Origin: Portibacter sp.
GTDB taxonomy: Bacteria; Bacteroidota; Bacteroidia; Chitinophagales; Saprospiraceae
Length of the DNA: 64,000 nt
NCBI GenBank assembly: GCA_040391315.1
Contig: JBEBYC010000011.1
Coordinates: forward strand, 46,962 to 110,961
Direction: 5' to 3'
A program made the position numbers and the translations under genes. Below, piece by piece: positions 55,201 through 60,502 of the stretch. Each line of letters begins with the position of its first letter. Positions within the stretch are counted from its first letter, which is position 1. The notes below the pieces were generated by a model. It did not search any database. It saw nothing but the letters and a program-made list of their open reading frames with translations, and was not told the origin of the DNA.

Positions 55201-57369
55201 AACATTGGGTCCTTGAATAGTAAAGAAGCTACATCCAAAATCAAGACTTGGTTGGGTTGAGATTTCACAAACATCCGGATCAAAAGTGTCACATTGAGAT
55301 GGGAATAAATTATCAGCTCCACAATTATACCTATCTCTATAAATAATGTAAGTTCTGCAGAAAGTTTCAGCACAAGGTTCCGTTGGTGGTGCAATCGTTC
55401 CACATGAAGGTGGTGCATTATTTGTTTCTTCTAAGCATATTGTATATCTTACACTTGTAGTTACTTCATCAATATGCGGAATCGCCGGAAATTCAATGAT
55501 AACATTATCTGTGCCATTTCCTGAAATAGAAGTATGAGGATATGTTGGATTATTGGTTGTAACGGAATAAAGGGGATTAGTCCCTGTACTCGTTCTTGTA
55601 ATTGTTAATGTTGTTGGTGATGTAGCACACAGCGGAGAGGCAGGCTGTCCAGCATCAAAATTAAACTGCGGTGCAGGTCTTACTGTAACTTGAAGATTTT
55701 TTGTATCCGTCAACACATTACCACAACTGTCTATAACAGTATATGTCACCTGATGACAAAAACCGTTATTTACAGGTACTTTATTATTAACTATCGTAAC
55801 TCCCGAAATATTAAATGTTCCACCGCCACTATTGTCAGGACCTAACATAATATCCAAGCTAATAGAATCATTTAATCTCGGTGCCCTACAAAATATAGGC
55901 AAATCAACCAATTCAGCAGACAAGGAATTGAACACCTTAAATTGCTTTGAAGAGGACACCCTACACATATTGGAAGCCTGTCTGATCAAATAAAGCTGCA
56001 TAAAAGGGTCATTATCCGCTTCGTTTACTTCACCATCCACGATTCTCAGGTCTCCGCCTGTATTTCCTGTAACATCCTGATAGAAACCATCTGGCAATGT
56101 AACTCCTACCAAAGAGTTGACTTCAGAAAATATTGCATTTGAACCGTTAGTAAATACATTTTCTCCTGGTACAAGACAATTCCTATCTAAGAGCTGAGCT
56201 GGAAAAACTGGAATAGCTGGATACAAAGCTGGCGTTCCACAAGAAGTATTTAAACCAAAATCACCAATGATATCCGGGTCAGGCCCGTCAACATCTACTG
56301 TAAAAGCCGCACTATTTTCGACATAAACTCTTAAATAATATTCACCTGGATCTACTCCTGATGGACACCCTAATCCGTCACAATAAATAAATGAAGGATT
56401 ACCTAAAGTTCCATTGGAAGTATTGCGAAGTGAAGTGGATGATGCTATCCTATAACTTTCTCCTGCTCCCATGGCGGATCCATCTGCATTACCGATGATC
56501 AATGTGACAGCATACGTTCCGTCATTCAAATTGGGTGTTTGGTCGTTATTACATACGCATTCCGTTGAAGTTAAAACCGGATTGATAGCGAAAGCATTAC
56601 TTACTGCAGAATTGGAAGGTGTATTGGTTGAACGAATCCGCAATCTGTAGCCTGCACCACTTGGTACTGACGGTATATTACCTGTTAAAGTTCCATTACT
56701 AACACCTGACAGCGTAGCAACTGTACGAGGATATCCCGAAGCACTAAAATTACCAGTCCTATCACTCAATTCTAAAATAAAATTATTACCAGATATATAA
56801 TTGCAATTCACGGTAAACGGAACAGAAACCGATGAACCGACATTAAGATTAGTTAGCGCAGGATAGGTAGGTGTAATCGTCCTTGATAATACAGTAATAT
56901 TGTTACCATTATCATCAAACGGGATGAAATGGTTCATAGGTGGACTAGTCGATACTACACGTACCCTATAAGTAGTACTTGGAGGTGTTGTCGGAGGTAT
57001 AGTAGCATTTATTGTTCCTGATAGTGCTATTGACTCCAAGGTACCGATAATATTACTGGAATTATTATTGTTAATAAAGTTACCTGACGCATCGCTCAAC
57101 TGTACCCTGAATTCATTTCCCGTTAACATAGGTCCACCACTAGTTACTGTATAACTTACCGTGAAACCAGTACCTGGACAATAACTTACTGGGCCAAAAT
57201 CATGAGTCGTAATCTGAGCCGAAGATTGCTGTACAGATACTGTCAGCATCAGAATAGCCAAAAAAGCCCAACTGAAACCACGATAATTCGTAACGCTTCC
57301 TATTAAACGCCCAATAATGGCTGTGGACTTCTTCGCTGATTTTTCTAAGAGTTTTGTTCTGTTGCTCAT
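46219..57369 (-). CDS. Giant T9SS cargo paralogue 4 (3,716 aa): unique head of about 2,300 aa plus the shared chassis and tail
   Basis: Uninterrupted 11.15-kb ORF with signal peptide ...FSWAFLAILMLTVSVQQSSAQ. The head contains two Ig-like repeats with an (R/I)(V/L)(Q/E)LSDxxGNF core, HYR-like modules (YLATDTVGNQSYCELKIIVND..PP.IVCP), a lamin-tail-like segment and a proprotein-convertase P-domain-like segment. The chassis starts near 50475 with CWGYINIEEKLTP, VKRIWSVIDDEGRKSECIQNITI, ILRYWKVRNMC, YKDECANESVCSFKVTVVD, VTFCCEDI, ITRTFKVKKGNVESTCTQKISV, KKAPTPYC...WAKDFDRGAYDNC and VWDEAWNTDYCESELKVIGC. The tail has a dockerin-like module (about 47095-47262), a cohesin-like module and a CTD (LYQNEPNPFIAQTVISYYL...ATKKMIVVE). 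Confidence 0.85.
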   Translation of the reverse strand: MSNRTKLLEKSAKKSTAIIGRLIGSVTNYRGFSWAFLAILMLTVSVQQSSAQITTHDFGPVSYCPGTGFTVSYTVTSGGPMLTGNEFRVQLSDASGNFINNNNSSNIIGTLESIALSGTINATIPPTTPPSTTYRVRVVSTSPPMNHFIPFDDNGNNITVLSRTITPTYPALTNLNVGSSVSVPFTVNCNYISGNNFILELSDRTGNFSASGYPRTVATLSGVSNGTLTGNIPSVPSGAGYRLRIRSTNTPSNSAVSNAFAINPVLTSTECVCNNDQTPNLNDGTYAVTLIIGNADGSAMGAGESYRIASSTSLRNTSNGTLGNPSFIYCDGLGCPSGVDPGEYYLRVYVENSAAFTVDVDGPDPDIIGDFGLNTSCGTPALYPAIPVFPAQLLDRNCLVPGENVFTNGSNAIFSEVNSLVGVTLPDGFYQDVTGNTGGDLRIVDGEVNEADNDPFMQLYLIRQASNMCRVSSSKQFKVFNSLSAELVDLPIFCRAPRLNDSISLDIMLGPDNSGGGTFNISGVTIVNNKVPVNNGFCHQVTYTVIDSCGNVLTDTKNLQVTVRPAPQFNFDAGQPASPLCATSPTTLTITRTSTGTNPLYSVTTNNPTYPHTSISGNGTDNVIIEFPAIPHIDEVTTSVRYTICLEETNNAPPSCGTIAPPTEPCAETFCRTYIIYRDRYNCGADNLFPSQCDTFDPDVCEISTQPSLDFGCSFFTIQGPNVLTSVINFDGGVAGCNQDEITGNFNVSLFGIDASQVAGGKKLKSFPGMNVICSIFGFKIFGWRPLGALYKLLGCEKTIAQFVLGLISQLAGGDGGGYLVMADTDGDGAFDYLVDDGPFPSNGFTSFSIPNRVRGVGAITVRAVGGWVNSPSDVCGDLGIEGINLLDLLPIGAIPIVGAVIEDILAAAGCNVNIAFSVDATEKIQVINDEPAIYVNCNESGYIFAQTLECNIPVGWSIPVALEGCGGSQAIPYRGYLENPTTDVTLFAGTTLPPSFTAITEPGIYQISGPLPGSILTPGTYLVSYQAVSCNGIPSVCAFNVEVTSGDPILECPRDLTISTDVDLCSRVVNGLAPYQGIGCSSIINYRFTNPVSGTVVETNDTDIGTHNIPDGYAFELGTTVITYTMQVDINGDGDYDDDSETQICNFSITVEDNQAPNAICLTVQLHLNNEGAGTVYASDIQDSIYIDGGSTDNCFGDLLLEISRNGIDYAPSLDFDCDDKGQHIVRLRVTDASGNVSFCKGVVQVLDYFEGYKLDLDVPEVCFEPFQNQYDFSPYIVIAQPDGTNIRHQDVGTLGSRIEGRFGISAFLPDVGSTNDPGTITEDGVYTLGTGTGWITISYVLSIDGQVNQYDEDSPLVGCFRMVHDVFRVEKLDPVWSAGYMCCDQLPVWLGGAAWDGTGDPPIPAGMLSLTDIRGAYPGDVYGEWIGQGVSFVDPDGIPFTGDEFFMFDPNGLDGSYSLTYIIGDEPCEFKYTQEILVTCQDLHIDISDYTVCPANWVDEKQVLVNLDDKDLVVSTTGFDEIGADGGHYGNGIPVQDLDSVVIRDGRVVIPGFFAPAIRSKAYEICVTTFQVTPFGCADVFCYTITVEDLIAPDFQNCPRDPIVVDAPQGWCSSFVNFELPWAYDNCMGLYSRLERADSTGLNSGDLFPVGLTILSYLATDTVGNQSYCELKIIVNDFHTPPSIVCPNDVTQVNDPEKCGAIVNNIAPVKFEDNCPDNITILYETKDPDGKVIACGFEDASGDFFPVGTSQVKYRIEDQPLILITEIVQDGVITGMEVTNFGPANMDITCSNFVLKDENGNVIESYMVPTANNKSTYGTTPIYPPDPIMWVIPNPNVIPVGGTFTHTFNTSIPAGQIAKYCFTFLNRVIDEATINDLVKGNVILRKNVCDHDLQSDFIAATPCDPGSFGFLNPGLPTMTPNGTTRGLQNYAPSVDECTFNITIKDLESPYCIKHDSIEVINTLVPSNIDINSCLVSTITMPAGIVNDVNIHNLQITIPNAGSVTAYLSSPSGTRIELFSGICNNQPNIDINLDETIVWVPAPSVTNALCNPMGQGGTYRPLESFKAFHGEEGEGEWILEIYSTGIVPGVLVNWELQILYQLPYDQGDVVLQNAPGRCDTTFSWIHPILKDNCCFGTVSVDYTFTNDVTGEFEHETQVILNSNGTINLQGLRETRIFKVGVTVIEYTLIDQYGNINTCGFTVTVLDTEEPMFTIGCPDRVINLSPGECLGSLDLYTPPATDNCGIDSTRYYFEDGTLADISRLPIGSYNIVMKVFDIYGNVGTCIFNVTVNEFIPQNPTLACNDALNISLGSDCQAIVNADMILEGNNYRCYDNYCITIEDLFGFPHDNLFTLEDEGKTFKVSISDCLSGNLVSCWGYINIEEKLTPILECPRDTVVACNFDIEAVDTLGHLLLGEAVLISCAENAKIAYQDEWTTFGNCDNPRATVKRIWSVIDDEGRKSECIQNITIRPLNLDDVVYPSDIEFDQAINCADVINNPELTHPNHTGWPLLNGIQVNKSGGLCMVSLNYTDEIYDICNGSYEILRYWKVRNMCYPISADNPRTHIQVIKVLDKSGPKVIDCPADITVSVDPWTCRVDLELPQPGQIFDACSDKVQFKYLIYGGGEIITEKDSTGVLHVYGNYFYKGVHTIKYFYKDECANESVCSFKVTVVDATAPIAIAKQNIVLGLSNDGTGNGYAKLFAWQVDNGSYDQCTRVKLELRRLDGGSCYNVGSNNHNNNSTYNNHNGLTSASPGVSWLHPDDHANDTDGGEYVTFCCEDIPAGDVFGEHVVELRVWDDGNMNGIIGDNQIINGLKDNFNTTWATVQVENKIAPVIVCPVDVTVTCDMDINLSIGKEVSIDSVDMSMTGTPSSIDLCGNLAISYVDQGSLDACGSGVITRTFKVKKGNVESTCTQKISVNDIKVPFTVTFAQNNGVTEWDKCSFNADDVRDASNSRIKRPIVNYGQCDIVGETFKIDTFFFEDGACKKWKVSYTYKSWCSGDELGPFVHYYAFKDEVSPEVACADQMFPAVVNPANPNGGCEGNVVLEAYAKDSLICAEESWVKWQVFFDGWSNGTVDRLGSSFVNKAWANQWVAQPKLINGQPNPIWAQLQAQHQGVILDDIVYVSYVRPTKASGESVKLPAFTLPAENIQHKILWKITDGCGNVDQCESTVMVVDKKAPTPYCVQLSTAIMQTNPKMVEIWAKDFDRGAYDNCSPQNKLYFTFDEIHPVLSKLNVEHYFKARTGQLEGVDATLAEYNQGRAQKWIPGLRSSGKVWTTCGEFSVRVNVWDEAWNTDYCESELKVIGCGGNRIVSGHVATATGNNVSDAIVVFESNLPEYPKQFITDKAGDYSMEVQSEADYNVHVIKNDDYLNGVSTIDIVMIQRHILGLETFVDPYQLIASDANNDGNISASDLTEIRRVILGVKNEFKNDSWRFPVKHQSMSMPNVMPYKEQYDYIRINDNMSKQDFVAVKIGDVNSSVELDLRQPTTEARTSNAFVMNVASQSFEKDELISIPFTSEGNQSIIGYQLTMNIENLELVSIDRGVFNLDMSQVGVFNEKGKITMSYAAKSPVELNAGDVLFTLQFKAKSFGNLEEALSLNSEITKSESYDAAFKVGKVDLRFTNANNEAVVLYQNEPNPFIAQTVISYYLPAAADATLSIHDVLGKQIKQFQLNGHKGLNTILISKQELGVSGVMYYTLKSGDFTATKKMIVVE
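46222..47448 (-). other. Conserved C-terminal tail cassette of paralogue 4
   Basis: The last 409 aa from CGGNRIVSGHVATATGNNVSDAIVVF. Dockerin-like: LNGVSTIDIVMIQRHILGLETFVDPYQLIASDANNDGNISASDLTEIRRVILG. Cohesin-like: FEKDELISIPFTSEGNQSIIGYQLTMNIENLELVSI...GDVLFTLQFKAK. Confidence 0.7.
51068..51447 (-). other. Proprotein-convertase P-domain-like module inside the head of the 3,716-aa protein
   Basis: CLVSTITMPAGIVNDVNIHNLQITIPNAGSVTAYLSSPSGTRIELFSG...GTYRPLESFKAFHGEEGEGEWILEIYS...VNWELQILY. This fits the P-domain pattern (V.v.I.H....DL.i.L.SP.GT...L...........G.y.P...L..f.G....G.W.L.v.D......G.l..W.L.i). Confidence 0.6.
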
Positions 57370-57411
57370 TGTGTAAATTTTGAGGTTATAATTACTAAAT
57401 TTCTGAGGTTA

Positions 57412-58365
57412 TTAAATTTTTATATTTGGGTTTAATGCTGGGTAATATTTTTCTATTCTTGACCTATCCATACCGGACAGATTTATATAATGCCATGAAT
57501 GCCCACCATCTTCGGAGACAGCGAGCACTTTTTGATGTTCAATTGATTCATTCATCTCTTTAACTATAGTCACATCTTGATTGACAACGGCCTGGATATT
57601 TTTGCCTTTTCTCTCGACCTGTTCTACATCTTGAAATTGTATCTTGCTATAATCGCCCACATTATCTCTGAATGTTCGCATGGCTTCGTTTAGCAAATGT
57701 TTCATTTCGCTCTTGCTTCCGTAGCTCTGGACGATCATCGGGTGATTGTAATCAATGAAGCAATCATAATCTCCTGTTATGAGACACTTTCCCATCGCTT
57801 CAACATCTTTTTTGAAGATAGCCGACAATGCTTCTTCAGAAGGTGCACTTCCTGTAAAAATTTTGTCTCTTAAGAAAATACCTATGACAAGTACGATGAT
57901 ACTAAGCGGTATTACTATGTTTAATTTTTTACTTTGAGTTGTTTCTTTGTTAGATCTGCATTTTAAATATCCAAATAAACTAAAAAGGAAAACACCCAAT
58001 CCTCCAATGCCCAATACATATAAGCCAATGCCTTGAGTAAACCCGGCAAAAGCAGCACCTATAAAAGGATTATCTGTTTCAAAGTTTGACTTTTGATATT
58101 CGATTTCGAAAATATTATTAACAGCCAGAATAAGCATCAACAAACCTATAATACCGCTGATAATTTTATTTAACTGTAAATCTCTTTTCTTATAAAGTTC
58201 GTAAAACGAAAAGACGGTGACCAAAACAAATAAAAAACCAGTGATGAGACCATCACCTACATATCCATACAGATTAGTATTCCCTTTTGGATAATACACC
58301 CAAGGGAGAAAAGTTGCTATGTTGCCTATGGCAGCAAAAAAAAGTGTAAAGTAGGTCAGACGCAC
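57412..58365 (-). CDS. Membrane protein of unknown function (4-5 N-terminal TM helices plus a soluble domain of about 145 aa); apparent first gene of the operon with the 3,716-aa gene
   Basis: 317-aa ORF with a GTG start. It is on the same strand as the giant gene and ends 42 nt before its ATG, with no hairpin between them. No family motif recognised. Confidence 0.6.
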   Translation of the reverse strand: MRLTYFTLFFAAIGNIATFLPWVYYPKGNTNLYGYVGDGLITGFLFVLVTVFSFYELYKKRDLQLNKIISGIIGLLMLILAVNNIFEIEYQKSNFETDNPFIGAAFAGFTQGIGLYVLGIGGLGVFLFSLFGYLKCRSNKETTQSKKLNIVIPLSIIVLVIGIFLRDKIFTGSAPSEEALSAIFKKDVEAMGKCLITGDYDCFIDYNHPMIVQSYGSKSEMKHLLNEAMRTFRDNVGDYSKIQFQDVEQVERKGKNIQAVVNQDVTIVKEMNESIEHQKVLAVSEDGGHSWHYINLSGMDRSRIEKYYPALNPNIKI

Positions 58366-58404
58366 TACAAATCTAAATTTTGGTCATAAAAGTAAATTAC
58401 CTTA

Positions 58405-58412
58405 CAAAGGTA
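58405..58412 (-). promoter_or_regulatory. Candidate -7 promoter box (TACCTTTG) for the membrane-protein / giant-gene operon
   Basis: Exact TAnnTTTG on the minus strand, 40 nt upstream of the GTG at 58365. Confidence 0.4.
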
Positions 58413-58649
58413 TAATAATATCTAAAAAAAATGTAGTAGAATCCTTAAAAGTTATAAACAACTTATTTTAATATTAATCCGTCAATTAATAATTTTCATT
58501 TAAGTTTAATCTAAGCAATTTTTAAATTTTGCTATAACTTTATTCAGAACGCTCATACAATCTTTCAATATTCAATCTCTATTTTGCATCAACAATTATA
58601 AAACTATCGCAAAAATCACCATAATTATGTTTTTATTCTAAACTTATAT

Positions 58650-58705
58650 GGGTAGTGTTTTAGGTAGTTTTAACATTTTAATTGACTACCCGGAGGGTAG
58701 TCAAT
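58650..58705. promoter_or_regulatory. GGTAGT hexamer cluster ending in a perfect 11-3-11 palindrome (ATTGACTACCC-GGA-GGGTAGTCAAT)
   Basis: GGTAGT occurs at 58651-58656, 58663-58668 and 58696-58701, and inverted as ACTACC at 58685-58690. The perfect palindrome spans 58681-58705. This is the only GC-rich island in a 779-bp AT-rich divergent intergenic region. Neither side has a U-tract, so it does not look like a terminator. Confidence 0.4.
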
Positions 58706-59124
58706 AATAACATTTTGATTATCTATGATTTATTCAAATAAATAAAATAACATATATGACATGACGCATGCCTATAAATAGATAAATTTAAGTCCTAATC
58801 ATTGAAAAAAAACACCAAAAACATGAAGAAAATATATTGGTTTTAAGATTTTTACTATATGTTATATGACGTCAATGCATTAAGTTAACGATTAGAATGC
58901 ATATTTACTAAATATGATGTTACTTTAAAATGCACCTGCAAATATGCTCAAAACAACCAAGAACAAACCACAATAGATTCTAATATTTTATAGCCATAAA
59001 GCAAATCCAAGCAAAATGAAACACAAAAAAATGTCAAAATTTAATTTTATTATAGCTAAATTTTACAATCACACAAAATAATGAAAAATACACAAGTATA
59101 TTTCTTTTAGTGTTAAGCTTTTAT

Positions 59125-59132
59125 TATATTTG
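59125..59132 (+). promoter_or_regulatory. Candidate -7 promoter box (TATATTTG) for the LuxR-type regulator gene
   Basis: Exact TAnnTTTG, 13 nt upstream of the ATG at 59145, which implies a very short leader. Confidence 0.4.
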
Positions 59133-59144
59133 CGATAAAAAAAC

Positions 59145-60359
59145 ATGCGCTTTTATTTAACATTTACAATTTTCATATTTCTAACGTTAATTAAAATTTC
59201 CGCACAACCGCCAAGATTAGAATCTATAAAAAAGCAGGTAAATTCATATAATGATTCATTAAAATACGAAAAATCAATAAAACTACTTTATGAATTTATA
59301 ACCTCAACGAAGACTACAAATCTCGAAAAAAGTTATGCCTATATATATAAAGCCCATACTTACAAATATCTCTTAAACTATGCTAAAACTTTATACTATT
59401 TAGATTTAGCTTTAGAAGAAGGCATAAAAAGCAAGGAAAAAGATAAATTAATACAAATCATTAAAGCAGAGAAAGCACTCGTATATTTTGATATACGTGA
59501 GATTTCAAAGGCTGACACGCTCATGAAAGAAATTGCAGCTACACAATACAAAGATATTCCTGAAAATATAAAAGTATGGCTATTTACACAAGAAGGTTAC
59601 ATACTAATGAATGAAAAGAAATTTGATCTTGCTGCAAACCGAATAGATGAAGCAATAAAACTATCATCTAAAAATTCTCCCGAGCATTTACCAGTTATCT
59701 ATGGAAAAAAATTAACTTTATTAAATGAAATGGGTGAATACGATAAACGAGATTCTATGTTTGACGTTGCCTTAGATATGGCAATATCCTCAAACCAAAT
59801 TAAATATCAGATTTATCTTTACCAAACCATGCATCAGATCTACGAAAAGAATAAGGATTACTATAAAGCATATATTACATATCGAATATTTGATTCTTTA
59901 AATCATTATCAATTCAAACCACATTTTCGAAGTAGTAACCTAGATTTACTTGAAAAAAAATTAGAAGAAAAAAAGAAAGAAAACAGCTTAAGAAAGGGGA
60001 ATTTACTTATTCTATTGCTGCTTTTAGTTATAGCAGGTCTCTTAGTGCAAACTTATTTTTTATCCAGATTATATAAAACGTATAAACGCGAACGCGATCT
60101 AATTGAAAAAGAAAATCAATTAATATCATCCGAAGTCAAATCGCTAACAAAAAAACTTGAAGAAAATAAAAATGAAGCCCTGGATTTATCCCAATTTAAT
60201 CTTACTGAAAGACAAATTCAAATTATCGAATTAATCAGACAAGGTAAAACAAATAAAGAAATTGCTGAAACATTATTCATTTCTGAAAATACAGTAAAAT
60301 ACCATATCAAATCAATATTTGAAATTCTTAACATAAAAAACAGATTAGAAATTAAATAA
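59145..60359 (+). CDS. Membrane-spanning one-component regulator: extracytoplasmic TPR-like domain, one TM helix, coiled coil, C-terminal LuxR-type HTH
   Basis: 404 aa. Signal/anchor MRFYLTFTIFIFLTLIKISAQ, repeated helical Tyr/Leu-rich TPR-like units, and TM helix LLILLLLLVIAGLLVQTYFL. The HTH is LTERQIQIIELIRQGKTNKEIAETLFISENTVKYHIKSIFEILNIKNRLE. Confidence 0.8.
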   Translation: MRFYLTFTIFIFLTLIKISAQPPRLESIKKQVNSYNDSLKYEKSIKLLYEFITSTKTTNLEKSYAYIYKAHTYKYLLNYAKTLYYLDLALEEGIKSKEKDKLIQIIKAEKALVYFDIREISKADTLMKEIAATQYKDIPENIKVWLFTQEGYILMNEKKFDLAANRIDEAIKLSSKNSPEHLPVIYGKKLTLLNEMGEYDKRDSMFDVALDMAISSNQIKYQIYLYQTMHQIYEKNKDYYKAYITYRIFDSLNHYQFKPHFRSSNLDLLEKKLEEKKKENSLRKGNLLILLLLLVIAGLLVQTYFLSRLYKTYKRERDLIEKENQLISSEVKSLTKKLEENKNEALDLSQFNLTERQIQIIELIRQGKTNKEIAETLFISENTVKYHIKSIFEILNIKNRLEIK

Positions 60360-60502
60360 TAAAGTTGAACGTAAACTTTGATAATTGCATTCAAATACGT
60401 TTTAATTTAAAGGCTGTTTTCACATGCATTTCCTTTAAAAATAGATTTTTTGGATAGGCTATATTAACATCAATAAAGTGATTTTTCTCTATACATTGAG
60501 AT

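Noticed and set aside
4487-57369. Many 60-150-aa ORFs in the track nested inside or antisense to the large genes. Examples: 2115-2300, 5455-5721, 6670-6906, 7159-7601, 8735-8929, 9419-9724, 10117-10437, 11005-11283, 15366-16126, 17225-17989, 20075-20338, 22120-22425, 23628-26225, 28848-30079, 32403-32612, 34755-34973, 35463-35651, 37076-37282, 37721-37945, 39930-40118, 41710-41913, 47805-55418
   Set aside because: Each overlaps a much longer ORF with clear family motifs. Their translations are low-complexity or Ser/Leu/Ile-rich, as expected for off-frame reading of AT-rich coding DNA. None shows a recognisable domain.
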